DNA of 64,000 bases. It comes from Ginglymostoma cirratum (Eukaryota). Shown piece after piece: positions 10,851 through 25,240 of this stretch (its first letter is position 1; the number at the start of each line of letters is the position of its first letter). The stretch lies in NCBI GenBank assembly GCA_024137785.1, contig JAHRHZ010000058.1:30649311-30713310 (forward strand), written 5' to 3'. Both the position numbers and the translations under genes were made by a program. A model generated the notes under the pieces. The model did no database searches and was not told where the DNA came from. It was given only the letters and a program-made list of their open reading frames with translations.

Positions 10851-13800
10851 TAAAGATAAACTTGATCCTCGTTCTTGTGAAACGGTTGTGTTGCATGTGT
10901 CCTTGCCTTAAACCTAACCTTATGTAATGGTTGTCTTGTGTGTATACCTTTTCTGTAAATGTAACTTTCTACTGCATGCTCCTGTAGATAATCTAGACCC
11001 TGTCTTGATGCAAAGTGCAGCCTCAAGTTGATTTTAAAAAAATCTGTGATTTTAAACAGGAATTTTGCTTTTTGTTTTACGTAATAATCGCAATTGGTGA
11101 CAGCAGGCCGGATCTGAAAACTGCTCTTAAACTTTCAGTTGTGTTTCTCATGCCCTTCATCATAAAATTTTTTCTTTAGGATCAAATCAGCATTCTCTCT
11201 TTCTTTCCCCCTCCCATCCTTCACAGCCTGCGATGGAAGATGAAAATTCCTACAGGAAGTATATTTTGTTTATGTGTTAAAAAGAAGTCTCTGCATTTTT
11301 GGTGGGATTGTGTTAACATACAAAACAAAGGATATAGAACTGAAATAGCCTGATCGTTGGTTTAAAAATTGGGGTTAGTCACTGCCTCAGAGTGTTGGTT
11401 CAAGAGTTGTGTCAACTTGGGTGTAGCAGTGGCAACCTGCAAAAAGGAACTAAGAGCTTTATTGCTGTAAATTGTCTGCAGCCCAAGTGAAGTGTCAAAC
11501 TCTGGATTCTACACACTACTTACAGAGGCAAAGTAATGCAGAATATGGCATTCTCCACTGGCTTTCTTTATAGAGATCTTGTGTTCTTTTCCAAATATGT
11601 TTGTACTTGCAGGTACCTTGTATGAATGCAGGTTGTGGTCATTGAACAAAATAAAGGCAGGAAACAATTCAGCTGTTCACTTAGGGTCTTAGTCACTTTT
11701 GACATGGACCAATATTGTAAATGCCTTGCATTTATTCCTGTTGCAACCCAACACTGCAAATCACTGATCTTCACAAGATCACATATTTTGGAAAAGCACA
11801 GGGAGAGCTTTAATTTTCACATCATTCAAAAATCTTCAGTGCTAGTTTGATAACTTTCTATTTTCAGAACTATTTTGCATTTAGGAATTCTATTTGTGAT
11901 TGTTACACCCACCTTTGGTACTTTCGTTTTTTTCTAAGCCAACAACACTTTGACAGACTAGAAACTCGAGTCAGTCTTGTGGCCATTGATTTTGGAAATA
12001 ACAGAGATAACTGCTAAAGGTTGTCATGCCAAAACAGTCAAAAGATTTTTAAAAATACGTTCTATTACATTCTCCATATTGCACGATATTTCTTATTAAA
12101 ACTATGTTGTGGGGGAATAGACCAGGATTAAATGGAAAGAAGAACAAAAATGTACTCGCACGTTCACTGAAATAAGTGGAATAAAATGTATGCAGTACAT
12201 TTTAAATAATATGTATTTTTAAATTGGGTGCTCACTGAAAGTTGAGTGCAAAAAAATCTATTGGATCTTGTTTGGCCTGCTTGGAAGGTTCAGGAGTTTT
12301 CAATGGACTGAGCAGCTGCCAGTGTTGGCAGAAAGCATGAACTCTAAAAAGTGCTTTGTCCAACATGCCAAAGCCAACATGGGAATACGTGGCCACTTTT
12401 TTTTCGCTGACGCTCTGCTCTTTCCTGTAGTCTGATCTTAAGCGCCATGTTTTAGGGAGCAGCGATTGTATCGCTGATAGATTTTTAAAATTAAATTCAA
12501 CAATTTTCAAGTAAAATTAAAACGGGGTGCTTTCACTTCTGAAATTTAGTGTAGATAATTGAACTTTTCAACAAGTGCTCAATGCACTGAGTGGTTAAAT
12601 AATCTCTCTCAATCTTTTGTCTAAATAAATTTAAATAATTATTCAGCAGTGCTTCAGCCTTTTGAAAATGACACAAAGCTGTATAAAAACCAAGGTAGCT
12701 AAATATGCATGATGAGCAACAATTTCGAGTGTGGAAATATTTTACTCTGGATATTATTAATAGGCCTATTATAGTTGTTAGAACTGATTTAGCAATCTCC
12801 GGAAAGCGACCCAGTATTTCTGGTATATTGGAGGTATACGTATTTTGTTCAAAATATAAAAGTCTGATCTTTAGTGTGTTTTGATTTTTGTTGTCAGTTT
12901 ACTTATACAGTAATACTTAAGAATTTGTTTGGATATGAAATCACGGGTTATTTGCTCTTCAGTTAATTTAACTTAGAATAATCCAGAGAACCATGACATG
13001 GTAAGCACTAGCAACTAGTTTCATGTCACCTGTCCTCATATTCTATTTGCTTGGTATGTTAGAGGTCTTGTTACAGACCAGCAGGACAATGTCAAAAACC
13101 TATAGAGCACACTCCCTTTGTGGAAGAAGTGTGGAAATAAAATAATGACTGCAGCACAGGGACTAAGGAACAAACATTTTTATGTACTTCAGATTATTTC
13201 AGAATTGTTGGGGTGTTTGGTAGAGTTGTGCAGGGTATAATTGAAAATTATCAGTAATGTTATAAATCAGTCTTTGTATGAAACAGGCCATTGTGATCAT
13301 GCAGAGAATTGATAGCTGAGAACATTATAATCACTAAATTTTTATCAAGACTAGAAGAATTCGGTTTTAAAAGTTTGACCGATAAAATGTAATGTAGTGT
13401 TTGCTAAGTTCTTAATCATGAATAATTTTTGAGAAAAGCCTTTCTAGTAAAATGATACAATTCAAGTGTAGATTAAACAGTCCTAAATGATCCAGTTATC
13501 TTTTTATTTTGTTTGCTTGTTAACAGACAAGTTCTTTTTACCCATTGATTCGCTCTGTCAGTCCAATGCCTCACACAGCCATCAAGTGACAACCAGGAAT
13601 GATACTGCATTGACGAGGGCAAACTTTCTTTTGAAGAAGTGTGAGGCACAATCTAATTTATAGCCTGTGTGATTAGCAACTGACCCCAGTGAGAATGGCA
13701 TCAGTCCAGGCACGTGTAAGGGTCATGACTTAAGTTGTTTAGGTCGTGACCTCAGCCACCAGGCATTTGACCTCTTAGATAAACGGTGATCTTTGCTTAT

Positions 13801-16099
13801 TAGTGGGCACTCATGCGAGTGCTGTCTTCAGCTTGTCAGTATTGTTGTGACCCACTGCCTATGCAAACAGTTTGTGGAAAGGGAAACTGGGTTGAAATAG
13901 AGCTCAAGAGTTAAGGGAATCCTTCCTTCACAGTCAAGTTTAAATGGAATAAGAGTTTAGATGCAGTATCATCTGGTTTTCATTTAGAAGTTCCTTTTAA
14001 AGACTTTTTTTTTGCCTTCTGCTTTTCCTTTATTTTTTTCTCCAACAAGTGGAACAAAAGCAACCTACAAAAAGGTGTGTTTTGACCTCCGTTGCCTGTA
14101 GAAATGATTAAAACAATGTGATCATCAAATGTGGACTGCATATTTTGATTATAACTCATTTTAATGGGGTGTTTAGTTTGGAATCTGATAATGTTGCTAT
14201 GATGTATCCCATAGACCCCGATCAAATTCTTCGCCATGATAACCAACAGTAAGATCTGTTAACTTGAACAAAAGATGAACAAACGGTTGCATAAATCAAC
14301 TAGTTTAATTAAGTAACATTTTTTTACCGAACCTGTTAATGGTTCTGTTGTACTAATTTTACGAGACACAGATGTGTTCCTCATTTCTTTCATTATTTTT
14401 AAAAATAAACGCGAGCCAAAAGTTTCTGATGGTGTTATTTTATTTGAAATATTGCTACCTGTGTTAAATGAGCTGACCAGAAAAGTTTGACTATTGTATT
14501 CAGATGGAACCTAGACATTATTTCTAGATACACCTGATTATGCTTTCTGCATTCACAAATACCATTCTTATGGTGCACAAAAATTAATGCCAATGAAGTG
14601 TTGCAAGACTACAGATCCCACTGTCAGGGTTACAGAAGTAAGCAGAAATGCTATCTAGGTTATATGGGACAATCAAAATCAAGATGACAGGGAGACCTGT
14701 GCTCAACTATTACATATAATCCGTGTATATGTATACTGTATTATATATATTTTATATATATTTATATATATGTACTTCCATAACTTGTTTAACGTCTGTA
14801 CTGAGCATATTAGTGTTGGTACACACTATACATCTAGTGAAAAGGAATACCAATAGTTTAGGTTTAACTTATTCATGCACAGTGTGTGGAGTAGACTGCC
14901 TGTGCAAGCAGGTAATATGTAAAATAAATTTGAGGAAGAATTGGATTAATATTGGGGGAACTGAGTGAGTGACACTTATTTGTATTTGGGACAAGCCAGA
15001 TATGCAACAGTTTTTTCTAGTCCTGTACTTTCAAGTATCCCTTTCAGTGTGATTGGAAAAAGTTTCACAATTAAAACTACAATAATACCATTGCATCATT
15101 TATAAGAGAACGTTGCTCTAATTTCATCTCAATTTATCAATTTTTTTGATTTGATACATAATTAATATTCGATTCTTTCAGTAATTCAATATTTTAAAAT
15201 TGCAATGAAATATTTGTTGGGATAAACACTTCAAACTTAAACATGTCTGACTTTAAAATTTTTATGTACAATTGAGCACAAAAGCATGATATAAATGCAG
15301 AAAATTGCAACAATGGAGAACATTATGATTTTTTTTAAACCCACAAATACAAATTGCTAGACTCCCTAAAGATCCTTAGTCTGTAAGCCATCACCAGCCA
15401 CAGGTTTTGTCTAGTGGTAACAAAGCCTTGAATATCACCAGAGTAATTTCCACCACTTTTGCAAGACAGCAGTTTTACATTTCCTTTTCTTTCAATGCCA
15501 TGATGAATAACAATAATTTTCAGCTATTTAGGGTGAGTGTGGTAGAAACCACAACCTTTGTTGTGGTCAGTGCAGTACACAGCAGGGCTAAATGTTTCAC
15601 TTGGTTAAAGTCTTGGCTTCACTGCTGGGAGACCCCAGTGAATTGGATTGGTGCATATTTTCAAATCGGCTCTAATCCACTTCTGCTGCCTGTTAGTGTC
15701 TGGATGTCATAGTTTGATTTTGTAAGCTATTATTGTTAATGTCAGGTTTTCAATAAAAACATTCTTTAAACTTCGGCAATCGTATATTTTGTACGAGTTA
15801 TAATAATGCAAACTTTGCAATTCTTTTTCAAAAGTTAAGCATTCCTATCAAATTTCATTTTATGTCTTATGTTTTACAAAACTATCTTTAAATTACAAAA
15901 CTGCATCCATTTAATGTATCAACATATCTGACTAAACTTATTATTGATGTATTAGTCCTTCTGGGAAGGATATGTGAAAAAAGACATGTTTAATAGATTA
16001 GGTTTGCTTTGTAGTTTGTAAAGTTCCATCAGTGTAGTCACACAAAAAGATATGGTCATCTTGCTTAATGGACTAATTTATTTTCCTTTCTTTTTTATT

Positions 16100-16101
<2 letters not shown>

Positions 16102-16131
<30 letters not shown>
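16102..16131. repeat. (GT)n microsatellite
   Basis: Direct reading. Confidence 0.95.
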
Positions 16132-16134
<3 letters not shown>

Positions 16135-18096
16135 TGCCTGTGTCAGGGTTGGGGGCTGGTGGGCGCGTAGGTGTTAATTGAACAAATGGTTCAGATGCTT
16201 CTTTCAGTATAAATTCCTTGGCATTGAACTCTGTCCTGAAAGGTACGTTGTGCCAAACTGTCCTATATCCAACATGTTGAAACTTCATTCACCTGACACA
16301 CCTTCTGTTGCTCCAGGCTGACCCACTTTTTGAAGATTATCTCTGGCTAGTCTGTACACCCACATATAGCAGTTAATTTGGAAATCCTTTTTCTGGATTA
16401 AAAAAATAACTTTTGGAGTGAACAAAAGACAGCAAGAAAGAGAAAGTAAGAAATTGCATCGCAGACGTTTTTGTGACCATACCGCTTTTGTTTTTCCAAC
16501 ATCTATTGTTATTCAAACTAATAAAGATCTAAATACCTGAGCCCATTCTTTCTTTAAAATAAACTGAACAAAGATTCTTTAGCAAAACCTCCTTTTAATG
16601 TTTTTTCAAGTACATTTTTATGGGCCAGTAAAATACAGTTTTGCAATGATCTGCTTTGATTGACTTTTACTATATTCCTTGTAAGACTGCAACTTGGATA
16701 CTGTTTCTTTTTATAGAGTTAAAATGTCCATTCTCTGGCTTTTCATGGACTGCAAGCACTCTTTAAACAAAATATCCCTGATTCTTCTTAATTTAAAGCA
16801 AGATCAAAATCTTATGTTGTGATTGAGCCCCTTCCCCAGAGATGAGATATTTAAAGAGATGGTTTTCCCAATACTGCTTTTCTTATAGCTTACATTGTTC
16901 AAAATAGTTATTATTAATGCATCACATTCTTTTTTGATTGTATAGATTTTTAATACCTTTTTCAAAAAAAGTTTCATAGTACACGTTGGTACATTGTTCA
17001 GAAGGTTTTGACTGTAACAGCTGCCAATTGGCAATCACTGGATATCCATTCAAATAGTTAAAACAAATCACAACATCGAAAAACTGTTTTCTGGTTAAAG
17101 ATCATTAATGCATTACTAAATGCTGAAAGTTTACTTCATTTGTCTTATGAAGCCAGTAGTTAAAACAAAAATTCATGTAGTGGGAAACATATTCTTGATT
17201 CCTTTCAAATTAGTTAGTTGCAGTGAAGTTTACTTGCATTGGCAATCCTGCTTTTACTCTTTTCAGTGGCAAATACGCTGCCAATGTTGTTTTAAATCTC
17301 CTTCAGTATTTTCCTGGCAAACAAGTGTTCGAGGTAGCCTTGCTGTAAATGCTGGTGAGAACAATATAGTTTAAAGCTTTTGGAGTTGCTAAATGTTGAC
17401 AAACCTAGAAGGAAAAGAATCCAGCCGTGATTCGTGTTTAGAATCACTCAATGAAACATGTACACCACAATTAAATAGCAGAACTACAAGAAGGAAAGAA
17501 GGACAATTTGTATATCTGCTGTCCAAGCAGACCTAATTTTTCTAAGTCGCTGTGTCCAACAAAGTCGTTCAAGGATTCATGTATCAACTTTTCCGCTTCA
17601 CTATATCTATTATGTTTTTAAAGCATCATATTGAATAGTTATTAAACTGGAACTTATTTTTATTTTGTTACAATGTCCGCACTCCTTTTATGTTTATCTA
17701 TTTTTTTCCGTCAATCCAATTATGCCCTGATTGCCGCAATCGTCTTCCAGCTTTGCTTTCTCCAGTTGTTTGCATGTAGCATTTAGGGCTCTGAAAATTT
17801 CCATGGTCACTATAAATGTTCCCTTGCAATTAGATGATGGGAAGTGATATCTGGTTTTCTCCACCCCACATCGCTCGCTCCCCACGCCCCACTCTCATTG
17901 CATGGGGAGACCCGTATCTGTTAGTTGCTCCATCTTGTGGACTAATAAAGAACAAGCAATAAAAATACTCTAATGAGGATTACGGGAAGTTTTTAAATGT
18001 ATTTTCCCCTCTTAATATCATGAACCTTTCCTTATTTCATCATTTTTTTTCAACAAATGAACTATTTCCAAGACTGTGGCCAATACAGAACCAAGG

Positions 18097-18229
18097 TTAG
18101 AGACAAAAAAAACTGCAGATGCTGGAATCCAAGGTAGACAAACAGGAGGCTGGAAGAACACAGCAGGCCAGGTAGCATCTGGAGGAAAGGAGCATTTCAG
18201 GGATTACCCTTAAATGCTCTTTTCCTCTG
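18097..18229 (-). mobile_element. PLE 3'-end remnant with terminal hairpin
   Basis: ACTGCAGATGCTGGAATC...CACAGCAGGCCAGGTAGCATC motif shared with other copies; hairpin about 18179-18230. Confidence 0.7.
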
Positions 18230-21200
18230 GAAATCAAGGAGTTTTTTCATTAACACTTTCAAACTTTTAGACCATACTGGTTGTTTGTAAAGTCCTTAAT
18301 TAACAACCCACTCCATTAGTCTGTCCAAATAAGCCATATTGGATACTTTGACATGTCTGAGTATGGTAACGATTAAGCAATGGACATTGGAAATCTTTAG
18401 GGAAAAATTAGCAAGTCTCCAGAGTGATGGAATTTACAGGCAGGGTAGTTGTGTTGTTGAAGGGGTGCCGTGTTGATAGGTACATCTAAAGTTTGCTACG
18501 TCTATCTATTAAGTCTGTAATGTTCTTGTAGGAGTCTGCTGGTATACTGAGGCCAGGCTGTTGGCATTTGAATCTGAACCTCCGGAGTTTGGAGATGGAA
18601 ATCGCTCTCTCACTGATACCTTATAAGGGTCACTTAAAAATAAGTCAACTTGGCCTTAGTGGGAATAATGTAGAATAGTACCCCGGGTGCTTGAATAAGT
18701 ACAAATATTTCTTGAACGAGTATATTTTACTAACTACTACAGCTCTTTTCAACAAAGGATGAAGTTTAGCTTTTGTCTTAGCTTTGCGCCAGCTCTCCCT
18801 ATTCTCATTATGAGGTACACAGGTTTATGACCAAATTTATGCAAATGATAAAAAGAATTAGTCCGGTGACAAACCGCAAGAGCTTCCTTGAACAGCTGTG
18901 TGATTGTGCTTGTTTTTTTCGATGTCCCTCAATACCAGGAGTGCTTCCAGTGTTCAGCTGCTATGCTACTGTTGCTGATTATTCCTGCATAGCAAAAAAC
19001 CTATGGAGTATAGTCATTGCAAATGCTCTTTGTAGTCAGAAAGATGTGGGTAGGATGAAAGTAATACTTTTTGTTAGCCATTGTCTTCTGTGGTTAAATC
19101 TAAGCTTTTGAAGTACGCAGGCCTGCTGCCGTGGCTTTCGGTGTTTCATAGTGGTTAGCTTCAGAGTAGGCTATTAAGATAACTTGTACATTTCACAAAT
19201 GGCAGTGTGGAACTGAAGTGTAACTTGCTTGCTTTTTGGTCCAAACACAGTCTGGACCAAAGTTGCAAACACTTGATCTGAGAGTAACATTTGGTGGTTT
19301 TTCAGCCACCATGGAATTTTGGAAGCATTTTAAACTCTTTCCTTCTCTGAGGATGATGATGCAAATCAGACATGTGAAGTATCATATATTGGAAATTACA
19401 AAAGTAAATGCTGTCCTTGCTGATATCCCCCTGATAATATTCCAATGCAATCGATGGAGCAAATATTTCGGGATACAACAAAAAAAAATCAGTGCTGTAT
19501 TCAAGTAGATTGTAAACTCCAGCGGTAGTGATAACTGGAATACAAAATGGGCAAAACCTAACTTGTAGAATAATTGTTAGGGTGCTGCATGCAGAGTGAT
19601 GGCTAGAATTTGGTACCTTTTTTTAAAGTTCAACATTTCTTTCTGATATTTTTGCCAAAAATGTTAATGACCAAAGCAAATATCTACACAGTGGGCTGAA
19701 TGAAAAGAACTTTGAGCTGTTTCAGTGTTATGAGAGGAAACGTTCTATTACTATTTTCTACAGCCTTCAAACAGGATCTTTTAAATTGGTGACTTACCTG
19801 TTTTATGACACTGCTTTTCATTTTATTGGTTTCTCCAAGTCAGCCCTTTGCACCCCCTCCCCCCACAGCACCTCTTAAGAGAAGGAGAACAAATTAAGTA
19901 TTAAGATTTGTTATGAAGGATGCACGTTTGAACGAGCTGTAATTAGTGCCACAAAATGCATCCTTGGAAACGGATGTCTGTGAACTTTCTGGTTATTGTG
20001 TAGACAGATTGGCATCACTGATTACTGACAATTTGATGGCATCTTTTCAGTTCAGAAAACTTGCTGTTTCGTTTTTCCATTAATATAACATTGCTTTGTT
20101 AAATTTTCAGTTTCTTCCAACTTTATTGCATTATAACAAGTTGGGTTCATGGGGTGATTGTTTTGGTTGATCTAGAGTAGTTGAAACACAAAACTATTAA
20201 AATCCATAAGCTGATTGTTCCACAAGAGTGGCTGATATCACAGTTCACAACAATGATGGTTCTTGTTTTGCAGAATGAATGCTTCAAAAATGTCTCCGGA
20301 AGAGAGACAAAATGTTAAGCAAATTGTCTTTACTCCTGTGAGAATGCATCCTCGTGAAAGATAGTATTGTTGTTTGTTACCTAGCAGAAAGCAAAAGAGG
20401 ATTTGTGTGATTTACTAAAAGGCTTGTTTATTTATTTATTTTAACAGCTTGGAGTTACTGATGTCTAGTCTAGATTGGATTCTCATGGATTTTATTCATG
20501 AGCCAGAATTCACCACAACAAAGATAAAATTTTAGTTTCTTAGATACTGCAGCCCCTTTTTTTAGCCTTAAAGAATTTCACCAAATTTAATGCATTTGCT
20601 CTACAGAAGACAATGGAAACCTTTACATGCTTGACTAGTTCTTCCCTCATTCAATCCAAATGAAAGTTGGATTGTTTTGTATAGAGTAACATTCGTTAGG
20701 AGACAGTTCCCCATAACATCCTTCCAAATAATGCAATGATTTATCTCTCTCCTTGCTATCGTCTTCGGGTGCACCATCAGTGCAATCTTAGCCAAAAATC
20801 AGAGCTGGACTAAATTTTTTAAAACAGGAATTTTTTTTTAGTGGTGAATGGAAGCAATTTGGGAGACAGTGCCATTTTGTATTTCAGGAGTTAATTTGTT
20901 CTTAACTAACTGAAAGAAATTCATAGTAATTTGACTAGTATGACTGGATTATTGAACTAATAATTACAATGTTTCTATTTCATGAATAATAAATTCATTA
21001 AGTCTATGCAAGAAACTTTGCTTAAAGCATTTCAATATATTCACATTTCTGTCTAAAAGTATCTTTAAAGAAAGAAAAAAGATATTTGTCCTGTCATCAA
21101 TGACATAATCTGAAACCCATTGTAACCTTAACCTTAAAATTGAATTTTACGAAGAATTATTTGAGGTACCTAAATACTCAAGGCTGTGATTAATTTGCCT

Positions 21201-21400
21201 TTTTCAGTCATAATTGAAGGAGCATTAGAATTTGATATACATCCCCACAGGTACTAAGTTATGAGCAAGAGCAAGCACAGATAGCACAGATCACTTACAA
21301 TGTTTGTTAGTTTCAGAATTTCTATGTCATCAGTTCCTTCAACTAATGGATTTACAACTGGGTTATTTTCTGTTACTATGTATTTTTTTTTCTCAATGAT

Positions 21401-21735
21401 ATAAAGCAAAATACTGCAAGATGTTAGAAATCTGAAATAAAAACAAAGTGCTGGAGAAACTTAGCAGATGTGGTAGCATTTGCGAGAGAGGAACAAAATT
21501 AACTTTTGAGTCCAGGATGACTATCTACTCCACTTGTGCTCCTGCCCCACCCCAAACAATGGCCAGGTCAACAACGTTAAAAACTTCAACTTTCCAGCTA
21601 CACACAGTTCCAAAGAGTCCTTCTGTATTTAAAACACTAACTGTATTCTTTCTCCACAGATGCTGCCAGATCTGTTGAGTTTCTCCAGCACTTTGTTTTT
21701 ATTTCAGATTTCTAATATCTGCAGTATTTTACTAC
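21401..21735. mobile_element. Inverted pair of PLE 3' ends
   Basis: Arms about 21406-21520 and 21610-21730; 38 bp perfectly complementary (21424-21461 / 21678-21715). Confidence 0.8.
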
Positions 21736-22061
21736 TTTTTTTTCAGAACATGTCTTTAACCTTCAGGAAAATTAAGTTTCATAAAGGTTACAAAACCTGA
21801 TGTTGAAGAACTTTAAGCCTCCTATTCTCTTCACCTGTAGCACATGTTTACTTCATAAACAGTGTACTGCTCAGTTCTACATTGACATTTCATTTGTGAT
21901 AAGTAGGGAGCACAGATCACAGACATCAAGGATTTTCTCGCAAAGATTAACAAATGAGCCAGAAGTGGATTTAGTCATTATTTCCTCTTGCTGTATATCT
22001 CTATGACTCTATATTCTAAGAAAAATGTGTGGGAATTCTGTGAGAGCTAAGATACATTTTG

Positions 22062-22403
22062 TTTTATTTATTCATGGAATGTGGGTGTCGTTGGCTAGGC
22101 CAGCATTTATTCTCATCTCTAATTGCCCAGAGGGCAGTTCAGAGCCAACCACATTGCTGTGGGTCTGGAATCACATGTAGGCCCGCCCAGTTAAGGACAG
22201 CAAATTTCCTTCCCTAAACGATGCCTATTTTTTACAATAATCAACATTGGTTCCGTGGTCATCATTAAACTCTTAGTTCCAGATTTTTATTGAATTCAAA
22301 TTCCACTATCTGCCATTGGAAGGATTCGAACCGGGTCCCAGGACATTACCTGAGTGTCTGCCTTAATAGTCTGCTGCTAATGCTACCGACCATTACCTCC
22401 CCC
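22062..22403 (-). mobile_element. tRNA-derived SINE, near full length
   Basis: Reverse B-box GGTTCGAATCC near 22322-22332; A-rich end at left; tail shared with 36386 and 54560 copies. Confidence 0.8.
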
Positions 22404-24859
22404 AATGAGCTAAAATGATATTAACATCTCTAAAATAAACCGAACATTTTCAAAATATAATGAAACACATCTATTCCCTTCTGAATTAAATACTGTTCAC
22501 TAGCAACACTAGCTTCAGAAGGAAATTGGGTAAGGACTTGTGGAATGTATAACTGTACATAACAAATTAGCTGGTGAGTAAAGACCCAAGTGTGTGTGAG
22601 TTGACATAATAAAAACAGCAGTGTGGTTTGACCACCTAGTGATTAGTAAGAATTGAGTTTGCCAGGATGACCACTTGGATTTTTCTGACTAACTTTCATT
22701 CTTGTTAGTGCCTTAGTAACCCTGTGTTGCTGTGACAGTTTTGAAACAAATGCTTTGGGCCTACATTTTGCAGTCTTTGAACTCCATGTACCATGTTAAT
22801 TTGTACCTGACATCAAATGAATAGTTATTTACCCTCATTGTTACTTGTTTTATTCTTCCATGGCTTTTTCAAACTATATGCACTGAGGGCAACATTCCTG
22901 AGAGTGACTGACTACCCTGCTCTTCCAAAACATTTAAAAGAACAATAAGAATCCACTGACTAAAATCATGAAAGCTGATCCAAAACAAAAATTAGATGGA
23001 TTACAGACAGACAGGAAGGGAAAATATTGGCTGTTGTAATGGCTTATCACAATGTAACATTAGAAAGAAATGCGTTTGTGCTCTGAAAACCTGCTGTCAA
23101 ACCTGTTGCTTAGGGAGTTGACAATTTTGGAGAAAGAAACCTTGAAGCAATGAGGTGTCTGTTTTGGCTAAGCAGTTGTGAGCAATCACTACTTAAATCC
23201 TTGTGCTTTTATTTCTTACGCATTGTAGCTTCTTAAAATTTGGTGAATTGCATAAATATTTAGAACAAACTAACCTTTCAGTAACATATGAACTTTCTGT
23301 GCATTTGTAAGCTAGTTAGTGCATGGTTGAGTCGACTGGCATATTATCACCATAACATTGATTAGAAAAATATATTTTAATAAATTGACATTGCATATGA
23401 CAACTGGGGAAATTCACATAAATGAAAACTTATACGCATATATCAGAAAATTTAGTTGAACTGAAATAGCACTTTACCGTAATTTAGATTAAAATATATT
23501 ACAATGTCATTCAACTACAGTTCAACATAAGACAGTGATTGTTACTGTGTAAAATTACAGCCTTGAACACTGCACATACCATATCAATGTTGGTCTGCAG
23601 CACACAGCTGTTTCTTTTCGTCCTTGTCTTCGGTGAATTCCTATTGACTTCTCACTTAGCAATCAGGTGAAAGCTTCTATTTGATCAGACTTGTGGAACC
23701 ATTTGTAAAGAGAGCCAACAGACAAGCAGTTATTTAGCACAGCAGTGACTCAGTTTATATTGAAATATGAACAAATATTTCGAAATTTCAGTCTGCTGGA
23801 GAAATCCCAATAGCTTGCCTCTAAAGAAGAGAAGTGTTGGCAGCCTACTAAAGTCTGTTTTGTTTTGGATTTCTTGGTTGTCTCCTTTAACCCCCAGTAT
23901 GCTGCAAAAAGATTTGCTCTTTATATTAAAATAAACTATCAGTCAGTTAAAGGTTAAGTAAACTGATGTACAGTACTGATTTAAATACAGTTGGAATTAC
24001 TTGGCACCGGAAAGAATGTTCCCATTGATTGGCACCAGTTGAATGACTTAAAATCTACCCATAAGACAACCTTGTGAAACAGCTTTAGATTGTTTCTATG
24101 GTAACTGCTCTTCTCCAAGCATTAACATTATGTTTGGGTCAGGAAGGGTATACAAAAAGTAGTGAAAAGTCGGGGGGGGGTGATTTTTTTCCCCATTATT
24201 CTATCATGCAGAAACTAATCCTTTTTCCCACATATACTATAAGAAAAACTGGTTGGAGAGGAGAAGACACAGAAAGAAATCCACTTCATTGGCTGAGTTA
24301 TTTCTACAGTAGTTCATCAAATTAACTTAATTTTCTTTGAAATAATTAAGAATTCTTATAAAATAGCTGTAGTTTGCGCTCGCAGTGTTTGGCAAGACCC
24401 TGAACAGCCACTTTGTGCAAATATGGAGAAGACTACAGTAGACAGCTACAGATCCAGGCCTATGACATAAATATGTTTTTCCCTCGAGTTGCTGTGAATG
24501 TGTAAAGTTAAAAGTTAATTGCCCAGAGTATCTCAGTCTTTGCTGAATGTGTATATATAGTAGGTGTGCATATGAGGTATAAATGCTGAAATCATTTGTA
24601 CACCCAATTGCTGTACTGTATACAATTACATGTTGTAAGTAGAATAGTCTACATATTAAATACCAATAGCCAAAATATAGATGAAATGGAACTGGCTGCA
24701 TTAACACCCAGTTAACTCCTCCAGTGTTGGTTCTTGGTCCATCTCAGCAGTTGTGGAAGTTATATTGCCACATTCGGATTTTTTTAAATGGTCACTAATC
24801 AGTTCATTAAGTACAGTGTTAATTGCTTAAATCAATGACAACATCATCCCATATTAATG

Positions 24860-25240
24860 AAGCACCTTTAATATCATAAAACATCCCAACCAGTTAACAC
24901 TTAGGTTACTGGGCAGGTAACCAAAAGCTTAGTCAAAGAGGGAGGGTTTAAGGAATATTTTAATGGAGGAAAAAGTGATAAAGATGTATAGGGAGGAAAT
25001 TCCAGATTTTATGGCTAAGGCAGCTGAAAGCACAGCTTCCAGTGGTGGAGTGATTAAAACTGGGGTAACTCTAGGCAAGATTTGCAGGACAGCATATATA
25101 TCTGAGCCTTGTAGGGCTGAAACAGACAAGAGAAGTAGGGAGGGATAAGGTGATGGAGGGCTTTGAAAACAAGGAACAGAATTCTGGAATGGAAATGTTA
25201 CCAACTGGGAGTCAGTGTAGATTAATGAGCACACGCATGA
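24860..25240 (-). mobile_element. Old L2-like LINE 3' fragment
   Basis: Recognised motifs GCACCTTTAA..AAACATCCCAA, CCAAAAGCTTAGTCAAAGAG, GGGAGGAAATTCCAGA; degraded. Confidence 0.5.

Noticed and set aside
17022-17033. TGCCAATTGGCA and other NFI half-sites as autoregulatory sites
   Set aside because: Orientation and spacing do not fit TTGGC-N5-GCCAA; half-sites are frequent by chance.
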